From assembly GCA_958352145.1 (NCBI GenBank), contig CATWNM010000005.1, forward strand, positions 11,434 through 75,433: 64,000 nucleotides of DNA, written 5' to 3'. Made by a program: the position numbers and the translations under genes. The notes under the pieces were generated by a model. That model was not told where the DNA came from, made no database searches, and worked only from the letters and a program-made list of their open reading frames with translations. Below are positions 1 through 9,956 of this stretch, in pieces; position 1 is the first letter of the stretch; the number at the start of each line of letters is the position of its first letter. This DNA comes from an uncultured Eubacteriales bacterium. GTDB lineage: Bacteria > Bacillota > Clostridia > Oscillospirales > CAG-272.

Positions 1-56
1 GGATTCTGCTGGAGGCACCGGCGATCGAATATGGCGGCATACCGGATCAGAGGGAG

Positions 57-575
57 TTGGAGCGTCTGCTGGCCGCTGTGGCAAACGGCGACCGGGCGGC
101 GTTTGGTCAGATGTACAACTGTACACGAACGGCGGTATATGGTTTGGTTTTGTCCTACCTTAAGCACGCCGACGATGCCCAGGACGTAACCCAGGATACC
201 TTTGTACGTATCTGGGACAGTGTTCCCCAGTACCGTCCCCAGGGAAAGCCTTTGGCTTGGATATTGACCGTAGCTCGGAATCTGGCTCTGATGCGCCTGC
301 GGGAGCGGGGAAAAAGTCAGACGCTGGAGGATGGGGAATGGGACGCCATTCCCGCAAGAGCTGCTGTCACGCTGGAAGATCGAGCACTGCTGCAAAATGC
401 CCTGGCGCGTCTATCCGATCGGGAGCGCCGGGTGGTGTTGCTCCACGCAGTGACCGGCCTGAAGCATCGGGAGATCGCTTCGGTTTTGCAAATCCCTCTT
501 GCCACAGTCCTGTCTCAATACCACAGAGCATTGAAAAAATTAAGAGTCCAACTGGAAGGAGAGGAACGCATGTGA
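57..575 (+). CDS. ECF-type sigma-70 family RNA polymerase sigma factor. The frame stays open to the window start, so the true 5' end may lie upstream.
   Basis: Region 2-like DVTQDTFVRIW and a region 4 HTH (LSDRERRVVLLHAVTGLKHREIASVL). The stop overlaps the downstream GTG in ATGTGA. Confidence 0.9.
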   Translation: MERLLAAVANGDRAAFGQMYNCTRTAVYGLVLSYLKHADDAQDVTQDTFVRIWDSVPQYRPQGKPLAWILTVARNLALMRLRERGKSQTLEDGEWDAIPARAAVTLEDRALLQNALARLSDRERRVVLLHAVTGLKHREIASVLQIPLATVLSQYHRALKKLRVQLEGEERM

Positions 576-2221
576 CAAAACAGGAATGGAAACAACGCCT
601 GTCCCAAGCGGTGACTCGCACGGCTCCCGACGATGTGGACGCGGTCCTCTCGCGCTGTGAGACGCGGAAAGGAACTGTGATTCAAATGACAACACACAAG
701 AATGGAAAATGGGTGCGAAATTTGATCGCCGCTTGCTTGGCTCTGATTGTGATGGGCGCAGGCGGGGGCGTATACTATCGGCAGGTCAACGCCGTGGCCT
801 CGGTGGTGTCTCTGGATGTCAACCCCAGCATCGAACTGAAAGTTAACCGAGGCGAGAAAGTTATTGTCTGCTCCCCACTGAATGCGGATGCGGAACTGGT
901 TTTGGCTGATATGGGCGGCGGCGCGGATCTGAAAGGCGCAAAGCTGGATGTGGCGGTAAATGCTATCGTAGGTGCTTTGCTGAAAAACGGCTATTTAGAT
1001 AGTATTTCTTCCGCTATTTTGATTTCAGTGGAAGATAAAGACGCGGATCGTGCTGCGCGGCTCCGGCAGGAATTGACTGCCGCTGTAGACGGCGTTTTGC
1101 AGGCCAACGCCTCCAACGCTTCGGTTTTGAGCCAGGCGCTGACTTTGGACGCGGATCTGGATCAGCAGGCCAGGACAAACAATATTTCCAGCGGGAAAGC
1201 TGCTTTAGTTAATCAAGCGCTGCAACTGAACAGTAAATTGGACTTTGAGGAATTGGCCGGTCTCAGCGTGGAGGAGCTAAAGGATTTAATTAAGATCGGC
1301 GCGCCCGCGATGCCGGTCGGAAAGACGCAGGCCGCCTGTGCGGCTGAAGAGTACGCCGGGACATTGGCAATGGATTCGGTAACCTGCGAGGTAGATTCGG
1401 AACTGGACGATCAGATGCCTCACTATGAGGTGGAGTTGAAACATCCCGCATTGGGCGAGTTTGAGTATATGGTGGATGCCTGGACAGGAAAAGTGTTCAG
1501 CGGTCGAGCCAATATTTTTGGCGGCGACACTGTTCAGACGGCGGACATCGACATTGGTATAGAGAAAGCTAAGTTGGCTGCCTTGAACCATGCGGGTGTA
1601 AAAGAGTCGCAGGCCGCCGACATGACAGTGGAACGGGACTACGAGGACGGCCGTTTGGAGTATGAGGTAGAATTCTGGGTAGGCAGCACGGAGTACGACT
1701 ACACGATCGATGCGGCTACGGGGACGGTTTTATCCTATGACGTGGAGCGGTATGAAACTTCTAGAGCCGTTTCCGGTTCCGATATCGGCGAGAGCGGAGC
1801 CAAAACCGCCGCTTTGAACCATGCGGGTGTAAAAGAGTCGCAGGTCACCGGCATGAAAGTGGAGCAGGACTATGAGGACGACCGCTTGGAGTATGAGGTA
1901 GAATTCTGGGTAGGTAGCACCGAGTATGATTACACGATCGACGCGGCTACGGGGACGGTTTTATCCTATGACGTGGAGCGGCATGAAATTTCCAGCGCTG
2001 TTTCCGGTTCCGATATCGGTGAGAGCGGAGCCAAGACCGCCGCTTTGAATCATGCGGGCGTGGAGGAGTCGCAAGTCTTTGCTATGAAAGTGGAGCGGGA
2101 CTATAAGGACGGCTGCTTAGAATACGAGGTGGAGTTTAAGTATGACGGTATAGAGTATGAGTACACCATTGACGGCTTCACCGGAGCGGTTTTAGAGCAC
2201 GAAATGGACTGGGACGACTAA
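572..2221 (+). CDS. Single-pass membrane anti-sigma factor with extracellular PepSY-like repeats
   Basis: GTG start overlaps the sigma stop (ATGTGA at 570-575). One TM helix (WVRNLIAACLALIVMGAGGGVYY). The C-terminal part holds repeated LEYEVEF...YDYTIDAATGTVL modules. The listed ORF start at 257 overlaps the sigma gene in another frame and is rejected. Confidence 0.75.
   Translation: MTKQEWKQRLSQAVTRTAPDDVDAVLSRCETRKGTVIQMTTHKNGKWVRNLIAACLALIVMGAGGGVYYRQVNAVASVVSLDVNPSIELKVNRGEKVIVCSPLNADAELVLADMGGGADLKGAKLDVAVNAIVGALLKNGYLDSISSAILISVEDKDADRAARLRQELTAAVDGVLQANASNASVLSQALTLDADLDQQARTNNISSGKAALVNQALQLNSKLDFEELAGLSVEELKDLIKIGAPAMPVGKTQAACAAEEYAGTLAMDSVTCEVDSELDDQMPHYEVELKHPALGEFEYMVDAWTGKVFSGRANIFGGDTVQTADIDIGIEKAKLAALNHAGVKESQAADMTVERDYEDGRLEYEVEFWVGSTEYDYTIDAATGTVLSYDVERYETSRAVSGSDIGESGAKTAALNHAGVKESQVTGMKVEQDYEDDRLEYEVEFWVGSTEYDYTIDAATGTVLSYDVERHEISSAVSGSDIGESGAKTAALNHAGVEESQVFAMKVERDYKDGCLEYEVEFKYDGIEYEYTIDGFTGAVLEHEMDWDD
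1553..2218 (+). repeat. Three tandem 231-bp (77-aa) coding repeats, each encoding one PepSY-like module
   Basis: TTGAACCATGCGGG recurs at 1583 and 1814, with a TTGAAT variant at 2045. The period is exactly 231 bp. Copies 1 and 2 are near identical at nucleotide level. Confidence 0.85.
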
Positions 2222-2222
2222 A

Positions 2223-2260
2223 GTTAAGCCCACTGGTAAAAACCGGTGGGCTTAACTTTT
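2223..2260 (+). terminator. Rho-independent terminator after the anti-sigma gene
   Basis: Stem GTTAAGCCCACTGG / CCGGTGGGCTTAAC followed by TTTT. Confidence 0.8.
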
Positions 2261-2311
2261 CGCTGTGGCTGCATTTATGTGCGGTTTATGTCCGCTGTTT
2301 GGTAACGGCGC

Positions 2312-3109
2312 TCAGAACAGATAGTTGGCCGATAGAATAATAAGGCCGATGAGGACCAGAATTATGCCGACCGCGCGGTTTAGCGTAGTGGGTTTGGCTT
2401 TATTGGCGAGGATTGAGCCGATCTGTGCGAAGATCAGCGTAAAAGCGACGCATAAAACCAGCGGCAGAAGGGTATCTTTCGTTGGCGTCTGTAAGGCAAA
2501 ATGAGAAATAGAACCAGTGAGTGCCGTAAAGCTCATGATAAATACGCTAGTGCCAACCGCCGTTTTCAGTTCATACCCCAGAACCGCAGTCAGAACAAGC
2601 AGCAGCATCATACCGCCGCCTGCGCCGACAAATCCGCATATAAAGCCGATGCCGGTGCCGCACAGGACTGACTGTACCGCTCGCCGCTTGGCGGATACGG
2701 TGCGCATGGTTTCTTTTGTAGTCATAACAGGTTTTAGGATAAATTTGATGCCGAGCAGCAGCGTCATAACGGTCGAGAAGCCGCTCATCGCCGCAGAAGG
2801 GAGCAGGCTGGCGATATAACTTCCTGCAAGGGTAAAGCAAAGCACCGTCAGCATCATAATAAGACCGTTGCGCACGTCCAAATTTTTATTTTTTCCATAA
2901 GTGAAAGCGCTGACGGCGCTGGCCGGGACATCCGAAGCTAACGCAATGCCGACCGCCAGATATGGGTCAATATTCAAAAAGGTAATCAGCATCGGCGAAA
3001 TGACCGCCGCGGCGCTGAGTCCGGCAAAGCCGGTGCCAAGACCGGCGCCCGCGCCGGCGATCAGACAGACAAGAATGGTTTTTAGCAGCACAACATTCAC
3101 CCCAATCAA
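2312..3109 (-). CDS. TSUP (TauE/SafE) family anion exporter-like membrane protein
   Basis: Polytopic Gly/Ala-rich hydrophobic protein with two similar halves. Its start overlaps the upstream stop (TTGA). Confidence 0.75.
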   Translation of the reverse strand: MIGVNVVLLKTILVCLIAGAGAGLGTGFAGLSAAAVISPMLITFLNIDPYLAVGIALASDVPASAVSAFTYGKNKNLDVRNGLIMMLTVLCFTLAGSYIASLLPSAAMSGFSTVMTLLLGIKFILKPVMTTKETMRTVSAKRRAVQSVLCGTGIGFICGFVGAGGGMMLLLVLTAVLGYELKTAVGTSVFIMSFTALTGSISHFALQTPTKDTLLPLVLCVAFTLIFAQIGSILANKAKPTTLNRAVGIILVLIGLIILSANYLF

Positions 3110-3882
3110 AAGATATGTCCGCGCAGTGTTTCGGAAGCAAGACCCGCAAATTCCCGTACCATGTAGTGCAGGATAAGCGAATTTTTGTGCGGAGCGGCGA
3201 TGCCTTCCACTGGCATGCCGGATAATTTTTCCGCAATTTTAACAGCGCGGAAAACATGGAAGTTGCTTGTGACGATGCCAATTGTGCTTCCCGGTTCAAC
3301 GTGTTCCAAGCTGTACTGCATGTTTTCATAGGTGCTGGTGGACTCGGCTTCCAAAATGAGGCGTGCGGGTGCAATGCCGCGTTCGGTCAGCACACGAAAC
3401 ATGCATTCCGCCTCGCTGATGTCTTCATTCGGTCCCTGACCTCCGGAAAGGATAGCTATGGTTTGCGGGTTTTGTGTCAAATAATCGTATGCGGTATCAA
3501 TGCGCCAGAGCAGGGTGTTGCTTGGGCGGCTGCCGCGCACCGCCGCGCCGAGCACGATGATATAATCAAGCCCGTCCGTCCCCGCATTGCCCATGTAGGA
3601 AATCACAAAGCTTTCAACGGCGATAAACGTAAGACTGACGAGTAGCACAGCGGCCAGCAAAATTCGAAACAGCCATTTCGGAACCGGCAGCCGGCCAAAG
3701 CGAAAAGTCAGCGCAGCAAATAGGAGGCATACGGCGCCGCCGGCGGCCCAGATCCAGATCAGCGATAGTTTAAATCCGCCAAACGCCACTGCGCATAGGT
3801 AATAACCGAGAAACAGCGCGCCAAAACACAGCCAAATCCAGGCTTTGACGCGTGCGGATTTTGAAATCATTGTTTTTTTCAT
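3106..3882 (-). CDS. YdcF/ElyC/SanA (DUF218) family membrane-anchored protein
   Basis: N-terminal TM helices followed by ILSGGQGPNEDISEAECM...STSTYENM, typical of DUF218. Confidence 0.75.
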   Translation of the reverse strand: MKKTMISKSARVKAWIWLCFGALFLGYYLCAVAFGGFKLSLIWIWAAGGAVCLLFAALTFRFGRLPVPKWLFRILLAAVLLVSLTFIAVESFVISYMGNAGTDGLDYIIVLGAAVRGSRPSNTLLWRIDTAYDYLTQNPQTIAILSGGQGPNEDISEAECMFRVLTERGIAPARLILEAESTSTYENMQYSLEHVEPGSTIGIVTSNFHVFRAVKIAEKLSGMPVEGIAAPHKNSLILHYMVREFAGLASETLRGHIF

Positions 3883-4262
3883 TCTGAGTATTCTTTCTTA
3901 TTGTTTGATTGCGCTGCCGCAGTCTGTAAGGGGCGCCTTGGCAAGCGATATGACGGAAAAACCAGCCGACGCAGAGCCGTGCGAATTTTTTCATGTGGAA
4001 TGCGCTTTCAAAATGTTCGAACACGGGGACGACGAGCGCTTTGCCTTTTTGGGCAAAGACAGCTGAAATTATTGAAAAATAGTCTTCGGTTGTGAAAAAA
4101 TATGGCCTAACTGAAAAATGGAGATGTCTGGATGTGCACACAGCAGATGAGCGCGCACTGCGTTTTCCGGTAAAACGGCATATTCTATGTCGCGTTTTGC
4201 AATGTATCCAGACATTCAGCCGGGAGCAAAGCGCCGAGCAGCAGCATAAAATCCTTCCGGGT

Positions 4263-4292
4263 AAAAAACAAGGCAGACCTTCGGTCTGCCTT
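4263..4292 (-). terminator. Terminator downstream of rpmB
   Basis: AGGCAGACC-TTCG-GGTCTGCCT hairpin. A T-run follows on the minus strand (A-run at 4263-4270 on plus). Confidence 0.8.
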
Positions 4293-4312
4293 TCTTTCGT
4301 AAGTCTGTCTTC

Positions 4313-4501
4313 TTATATAGCGCGTTCGACCTTACCCGAACGGAGACAACGGGAACATACGTAAATCGTTTTCGGTGTTCCGCCGACCACAGCCTTGACT
4401 TTGCGGATATTGGGCTTCCAGGTTCTGTTGGTTTTGCGGTTTGAATGCGAAACATTGTGACCGAATGTGACGCCCTTGCTGCATACACTGCATTTTGCCA
4501 T
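4313..4501 (-). CDS. rpmB: 50S ribosomal protein L28
   Basis: MAKCSVCSKGVTFGHNVSHSNRKTNRTWKPNIRKV matches L28. AGGAGGTG lies 7 nt upstream of the ATG at 4501. The longer ORF start at 4528 is rejected. Confidence 0.95.
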   Translation of the reverse strand: MAKCSVCSKGVTFGHNVSHSNRKTNRTWKPNIRKVKAVVGGTPKTIYVCSRCLRSGKVERAI

Positions 4502-4616
4502 GTAAATTGCACCTCCTACACTTAGCACTTCTATAGAGTCTTTTCTTATGATTCTAACACAACGACTAATATTATAGCACAGGAATTTTCAAAAAGCAAT
4601 AGAAAAACACAATTTT

Positions 4617-5315
4617 TTAAAAATTCCTTTGTGCAGTGCCGTTTTGGATTATAAGAGCCCGAACGGCCGGTTCAATATGTGACCAAAATACTTCGGCAAT
4701 TTGTTTCATGCCAAGATCGCTCGGATGATTGAATTGTCCGTGCGTTTCTTTACGGGTGACGATATCGCCGAGGCGCATAAAGGAATCCCCGTATTTTGCT
4801 GCGACCGCCAGCTTTTCGGCATCCAGCTTCGGACGGATGTAAAAGCCCTGTGAATGGAAGACGGCGGCATGATTGCCGGCGTTCAAAAAATTTCTCATTT
4901 CCTCATATGCCCTGCCGAAAGTTTTTGGCGGATTCGGATCGGTATCGTAGCTTTTGGGTACGTTAGCGCCGAAAAACATAATAAGAATGTCTGCCTGAAA
5001 TTCGGCCGCTTTGCGGTAATTCTGCTCGGGAGAAGCAGTGAACAAATTGGCTTCATAACTGCCTACCTGCGCGATGCAGTAGGCTGCATTGGCGTCGTAT
5101 TTCCATATTTTTTGCATCAAAAGATGGACATAATCCTTTTCGGGGGCAGAGGCTGCCATACCGCAGTCGTTGTGCCAGCCGATTTGCGGTTTGGGCGAAT
5201 GCTTGGTTATGGAGTTGCCGGCAAACAAAATCCGAATGCCGCTGTTTTCATGCGGAAAGACCAGCTGCTTTACTTGATTTACGGCGGGTACGATGTTTTC
5301 CTGCAAATTTTTCAT
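4617..5315 (-). CDS. SGNH/GDSL family hydrolase
   Basis: Block I ILFAGNSIT plus a C-terminal ...HPSDLG (block V-like). Confidence 0.7.
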   Translation of the reverse strand: MKNLQENIVPAVNQVKQLVFPHENSGIRILFAGNSITKHSPKPQIGWHNDCGMAASAPEKDYVHLLMQKIWKYDANAAYCIAQVGSYEANLFTASPEQNYRKAAEFQADILIMFFGANVPKSYDTDPNPPKTFGRAYEEMRNFLNAGNHAAVFHSQGFYIRPKLDAEKLAVAAKYGDSFMRLGDIVTRKETHGQFNHPSDLGMKQIAEVFWSHIEPAVRALIIQNGTAQRNF

Positions 5316-6634
5316 AAAAATTTCTCCGATTCTGTATTTATATATAACTTTCCAAACATGTAGCCGCTACGGCATTCCAAAAGCAGCACGGGCAAAAGTT
5401 TGCCGCGCAAGTCGGCCTTTTCATATACGCGCACTTCCATAAATGCGGCGGTGTGCCCGCTCCAGAAACCGTTGGTCATTTGTTCAAACAGCACTTGTTG
5501 TACCGGTTGTTTAGCCAATTCCATTTGCAAGCAGTTTTGACCGGCTGCCAGGCAGCATGCGATTAAGCGTTCGGAGCGCGCGTGCTTGAGCGCTTCGGGG
5601 ATTTGGTCGGGAAAGAGAGCGGCCGGCGTGCCCGATCTTTTTGAGTATTTAAATATGTGCGCTGACAGGAGATGCGCAGCTTCGGCGAAAGCCAATGTTT
5701 CCTCAAAATCCATCTCCGTTTCGCCGGGAAAGCCAACGATGAAATCGGCGGTTAACTGAACGCCGGGAATGGCGGCACGGAGGTTTTGAATCGCCTGCAT
5801 CGCCGTTTGAGCGGTGTATTTCCGGCGCATGGCGGCAAGCGTCTTGGAGCATCCGCTTTGCAGGGACAGATGAAAGTGCGGCGCCAGTTTTTTCAGGCCG
5901 GAAATTTGCCGGATAAATGCCGGGCGAAAGAGCGTAGGCTCCAGTGAGCCAAGACGAATACGAGCTAAACTCTCAATATTATCGCATAAATAAAGCAGAT
6001 CGCCGAGCTTTTCACCGGTGTCTGCGCCAAAAGACGCAGTTTCGATGCCTGTCAGAACAATTTCGCGTACGCCGCCTGCAGCGAGTCCCCGAATTTCTTC
6101 TAGCGCGTCCGAGATTCGCTTTGAGCGCACAGGGCCGCGTGCCGCGGGAATGGCGCAGTATGCGCAGTGGTTTTCGCATCCATCCTCGATTTTGACATAA
6201 GCGCGCGTACGCGGTGCGCGTTCAATTTTCATGGTCTCAAAGGGCGCGCCGTCAAGGGTGCGCACTTCGATCTTTGGAATTTGTTTTCCCTCGAGCAGTT
6301 CGACCGCGCGCTGGACGACGCTCAATTTATCACGCGTGCCGCAGATATAGTCCACGTTTTCAATTGCGGATAATTGTTCCGGCGCGGTTTGCGCATAGCA
6401 GCCGCAAATTAAAATTTTGGCATTCGGCGCACGGCTCGCGAGCCGTCGGATCAGCTGCCTGCATTTTCGATCGCTTTCTGCCGTAACGGTGCAGGTATTA
6501 ACAATACAGACGTCGCATTCTTTGTCGCAGGATGCAGCGGAGAATCCGCGCCGCAGCGCTTCTTCCAGTATGGCTTCGCTTTCGTACTGACTGACTTTGC
6601 ATCCGAGCGTATATACGCCGATTTTATGCTGCAT
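5312..6634 (-). CDS. mtaB: tRNA t6A37 methylthiotransferase MtaB (radical SAM)
   Basis: N-terminal YTLGCKVSQYESE, radical SAM CxxxCxxC (CENHCAYCAIP) and a C-terminal TRAM-like region. GGAGGAGGTG lies upstream of the ATG at 6634. The 63-codon upstream extension is rejected. Confidence 0.9.
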   Translation of the reverse strand: MQHKIGVYTLGCKVSQYESEAILEEALRRGFSAASCDKECDVCIVNTCTVTAESDRKCRQLIRRLASRAPNAKILICGCYAQTAPEQLSAIENVDYICGTRDKLSVVQRAVELLEGKQIPKIEVRTLDGAPFETMKIERAPRTRAYVKIEDGCENHCAYCAIPAARGPVRSKRISDALEEIRGLAAGGVREIVLTGIETASFGADTGEKLGDLLYLCDNIESLARIRLGSLEPTLFRPAFIRQISGLKKLAPHFHLSLQSGCSKTLAAMRRKYTAQTAMQAIQNLRAAIPGVQLTADFIVGFPGETEMDFEETLAFAEAAHLLSAHIFKYSKRSGTPAALFPDQIPEALKHARSERLIACCLAAGQNCLQMELAKQPVQQVLFEQMTNGFWSGHTAAFMEVRVYEKADLRGKLLPVLLLECRSGYMFGKLYINTESEKFL

Positions 6635-6708
6635 GCGCACACCTCCTCCATAGACTTTCCCATTGTAGCACAAAATCCGGCGCAAGTAAACAAAATTCGG
6701 AAAAGAAC

Positions 6709-6737
6709 TTGCAATGAAAGGATTAATATTGTATAAT
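6709..6737 (+). promoter_or_regulatory. Sigma-A type promoter for upp
   Basis: TTGCAA (6709-6714), 17-bp spacer, TGTATAAT extended -10 (TATAAT at 6732-6737). Confidence 0.6.
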
Positions 6738-6781
6738 ACCAAGAGAGTTTTTAAGATGCCGATAGGCGGATTGGAGAAAAA

Positions 6782-7411
6782 ATGAGTAAACTGCATGTGT
6801 TTGATCATCCCCTGATTACGCATAAGCTGTCGATTATGCGGCAGACAAGCACAGGCTCTAAGGATTTCCGTGAGCTTTTGGAAGAGATCGCGATGCTGAT
6901 GGGTTATGAAATCACGCGCGATTTGCCGATGGAATCCTATACGATCGAAACGCCGCTTGAGACCATGACGGCAAAGAAAATTTCCGGCAAAAAGCTTGCA
7001 ATTGTTCCAATTTTAAGAGCGGGACTTGGCATGGTGGACGGACTTTTGACGCTTGTTCCGGTGGCGAAAGTAGGACATATCGGGCTGTATCGTGATCCGG
7101 ACACCCATATGCCGGTCGAATATTATTGCAAGCTTCCGGAAGATATCCAAAACCGCATTGTCATCGTGGTGGATCCGATGCTTGCGACCGGCGGCAGCGC
7201 GATTGATGCAATTCAGATGCTGAAGGCGCGCGGAGTGACGAACATTCGTTTTATGTGTCTGGTTGCTGCGCCCGAGGGGGTAAAGGCGCTTCAGGACGCG
7301 CATTCGGATGTGGATATTTATGCGGCGGCGCTTGACCGGCAGCTGAATGAACATAAATATATCCTGCCAGGTCTCGGCGATGCGGGCGACCGTATTTTTG
7401 GTACGAAATAA
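6782..7411 (+). CDS. upp: Uracil phosphoribosyltransferase
   Basis: [20 protein letters not shown]..., PRPP-binding [13 protein letters not shown]-terminal [16 protein letters not shown]. Confidence 0.97.
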   Translation: MSKLHVFDHPLITHKLSIMRQTSTGSKDFRELLEEIAMLMGYEITRDLPMESYTIETPLETMTAKKISGKKLAIVPILRAGLGMVDGLLTLVPVAKVGHIGLYRDPDTHMPVEYYCKLPEDIQNRIVIVVDPMLATGGSAIDAIQMLKARGVTNIRFMCLVAAPEGVKALQDAHSDVDIYAAALDRQLNEHKYILPGLGDAGDRIFGTK

Positions 7412-7414
7412 GCG

Positions 7415-8386
7415 ATGCGGGAACTGACGGTCGGCTGCAACGACGCCGGACAGCGGTTGGATAAATTCCTTTCCAAGACGCTCTACGGCATGCCGCCTGC
7501 GCTGATGTACCGGCTGATCCGGCAGAAGAAAATCAAAGTCAATCGACGCCGCGCCGGGAACGGGCAGATTTTGTGTGAAGGGGATATGCTGCAGCTTTTT
7601 ATCCCCGAGGAGTTTTTTTGCGGCGGGGAGAAACGGGGAGAGGCCGAGACGCTTTCTCGTGTGCATCCGGGGCTTGATATTGTCTATGAGGATGAAAATA
7701 TCCTGCTGCTCAATAAACGTCCGGGTATGCTTGTGCATGACGACGCGGCCGGGCAAAACGACACGCTGCTGCTTCATGCCAAGGCGTATCTTTATCAGAG
7801 CGGGGCTTATGATCCTGCGGCGGAGCAGTCCTTTGCGCCCGCGCTCTGCAATCGTATCGATCGCAATACCGGGGGCATTGTAATTTTGGCGAAAAATGCC
7901 GGGGCGCTGCGGGAGATGAATGAGAAGATCCGTAGCGGCCAGATCGCCAAGTTCTATTTATGCGCCGTACATGGGATTCTGCGGAAAAAACAGGGGACGC
8001 TACGCGGCTGGCTGAAGAAAGACGCAAAAACCAATACCGTCAGAATATACGATGCACAAAACAAACCAAGAGACGCCAAAAGCATTGGAACGCGGTATCG
8101 GGTTTTGGTAGAGCGGGAGGGCAATTCTCTGCTTGAAGTCGAGCTTTTGACCGGAAGGACGCACCAAATTCGTGCGCAATTCGCCGAGATCGGGCATCCG
8201 CTGCTCGGAGACGGGAAATACGGTGTGAACCGCGAGGATAAAAAGCAGGGATATCGATTTCAGGCTCTTTATTCCTATCGCCTCCGTTTCGATTTTGCAG
8301 ATACGCGCGGTGTGCTGGGCTATCTTTGCGGACGGCAATTCGAGCTTGCGCCCGAGGCGGTCTGGTTTGTTGAAAATTTTAGATAG
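7415..8386 (+). CDS. RluA family 23S rRNA pseudouridine synthase with an N-terminal S4 domain
   Basis: S4-like RLDKFLSK..., catalytic region LCNRIDRNTGGIVILAK and TGRTHQIRAQF. Confidence 0.9.
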   Translation: MRELTVGCNDAGQRLDKFLSKTLYGMPPALMYRLIRQKKIKVNRRRAGNGQILCEGDMLQLFIPEEFFCGGEKRGEAETLSRVHPGLDIVYEDENILLLNKRPGMLVHDDAAGQNDTLLLHAKAYLYQSGAYDPAAEQSFAPALCNRIDRNTGGIVILAKNAGALREMNEKIRSGQIAKFYLCAVHGILRKKQGTLRGWLKKDAKTNTVRIYDAQNKPRDAKSIGTRYRVLVEREGNSLLEVELLTGRTHQIRAQFAEIGHPLLGDGKYGVNREDKKQGYRFQALYSYRLRFDFADTRGVLGYLCGRQFELAPEAVWFVENFR

Positions 8387-8399
8387 GAGAATTGGAAAA

Positions 8400-8876
8400 A
8401 TGATTCAAATTGAAATGGAAAACGGCGGGATCATCCGGATTGAACTGGATTATTCCGCGGCGCCGGTTACGGCGGCCAATTTTGAGAAGCTAGTTCGCGA
8501 GGGCTTTTACAACGGTCTGATTTTTCATCGCGTAATTCCAGGATTCATGATACAGGGCGGCGACCCGACCGGAACCGGCTGCGGCGGTTCGGGAACCAAC
8601 ATCCCCGGTGAATTTAAAATGAACGGACACGATAATCCGCTCGGACATACGCGCGGCGTTGTTTCGATGGCACGCGCGCAGCATCCGGATTCCGCTTCTT
8701 CGCAGTTCTTTATCATGCATGGCGATGCGCCGTATCTGGACGGACAGTATGCAGCGTTCGGCAAGGTGGTCGAAGGGATGGAAGTCGTGGATGAAATTGC
8801 GGCTGTGGCCACGGATTATTCGGACAGGCCGCGCACGGATATGCGGATGAAAAAGGTTTCGCTGATTGAAAATTGA
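8400..8876 (+). CDS. Peptidylprolyl isomerase, cyclophilin type
   Basis: FHRVIPGFMIQGGDP...SMARAQHPDSASSQFFI. ATG at 8400 preceded by AGGAGA. Confidence 0.93.
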   Translation: MIQIEMENGGIIRIELDYSAAPVTAANFEKLVREGFYNGLIFHRVIPGFMIQGGDPTGTGCGGSGTNIPGEFKMNGHDNPLGHTRGVVSMARAQHPDSASSQFFIMHGDAPYLDGQYAAFGKVVEGMEVVDEIAAVATDYSDRPRTDMRMKKVSLIEN

Positions 8877-9031
8877 ACCGGTTTGAAAGCTGTGGGCAGG
8901 ACGGTTTGTTGTCTTGACCGCAGTTTTTGGCTTAAATCGAGAGCTTTTTAAGCTTTGGCTGATTATGGCCGTGAAAAATACAGCCTGTTTGTTTCCTGTG
9001 ATTTGCATCTTTGTATTTAAGGAGCAAAAAT

Positions 9032-9916
9032 ATGAGAATTGAGAGATTGAATTTGGCAGACGATGGTCGCGTCTCGCTGACCGCTTATTTGTTGGATACG
9101 AGCACCGAATTGCCTGCGCTCGACAAACGCCCCGCGGTTGTCATTTGTCCTGGCGGCGGCTACGCTTATACTTCTGACAGAGAAGCGGAACCGATTGCGC
9201 TGACTTTTTCCGCACAAGGCTATCAAACTTTTGTTTTGCGATATTCGATTAAAGAGTATGCCGCTTTTCCCAATTCACTGGTCGATCTTGCAAAGGCGGT
9301 TGCACTGATTCGCCGGCAAGCGGATGATTTGAACATTTTTGCGGAACGTATTGCGGTAGCGGGCTTTTCTGCCGGCGGGCATCTTGCCGCCTCGCTCGGC
9401 GTTTTTTGGAACGATCCGGAAATTCAGGCGCTTGCGAAATGCAGCGGAGAAGAGAACAAGCCGAATGCGCTTGTCCTTTGCTATCCTGTAATTGCGTCGG
9501 TCGGTAAAACGCATAAAGGATCGATCGATATTCTTCTTGCCGGACTAAACGGGCAAATGCGTGAAGCGCAGCAAAAACGGATCGCGCTGCACCTACATGT
9601 CGGCGCGCAGACGCCGCCTTGTTTTCTTATGCATACATATTTCGATCAGCTTGTGCCGGTTGAAAATACCCTGCTTTTTGCGCAGGCTCTTGCGGAGCAT
9701 GGTATTCCGTTTGAATTGCACATTCCGCAGGACGGCGTTCATGGACTTGCGCTGGCAAATGCCGTAACGGCGAAAACACAGGACGGCGTAGCCTCCGGAT
9801 TTGCCGAGTGGCCCGCTCTTTGCGGCAGGTGGCTGAATAATCTTTTTGACGTCTATACAATGCAGCCGAAAACATATCCGTCCGCTTTGACGCGTACCCG
9901 CCCGTTCGGGAAGTGA
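9032..9916 (+). CDS. Alpha/beta hydrolase (esterase/lipase-like)
   Basis: HGGG-like CPGGGY oxyanion motif and nucleophile elbow GFSAGGH. AAGGAG lies upstream of the ATG at 9032. Confidence 0.8.
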   Translation: MRIERLNLADDGRVSLTAYLLDTSTELPALDKRPAVVICPGGGYAYTSDREAEPIALTFSAQGYQTFVLRYSIKEYAAFPNSLVDLAKAVALIRRQADDLNIFAERIAVAGFSAGGHLAASLGVFWNDPEIQALAKCSGEENKPNALVLCYPVIASVGKTHKGSIDILLAGLNGQMREAQQKRIALHLHVGAQTPPCFLMHTYFDQLVPVENTLLFAQALAEHGIPFELHIPQDGVHGLALANAVTAKTQDGVASGFAEWPALCGRWLNNLFDVYTMQPKTYPSALTRTRPFGK

Positions 9917-9956
9917 ACGGAGTAAGACCGGTTATTTTCTAACCGCATAATCGGGC

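Noticed and set aside
257-571. Upstream part of the 654-aa ORF, which overlaps the sigma factor gene in another frame.
   Set aside because: The translation there is Arg/Ser/Gly-rich nonsense typical of an off-frame reading of a GC-rich gene. A GTG at 572 overlapping the sigma stop gives a sensible anti-sigma N-terminus.
1553-2218. Checked the tandem repeats here, at 29279-29581 and at 31250-31500 for CRISPR-like organisation.
   Set aside because: All are in-frame coding repeats with periods of 231, 240 and 45 bp and no unique spacers. No cas genes are present in the window.
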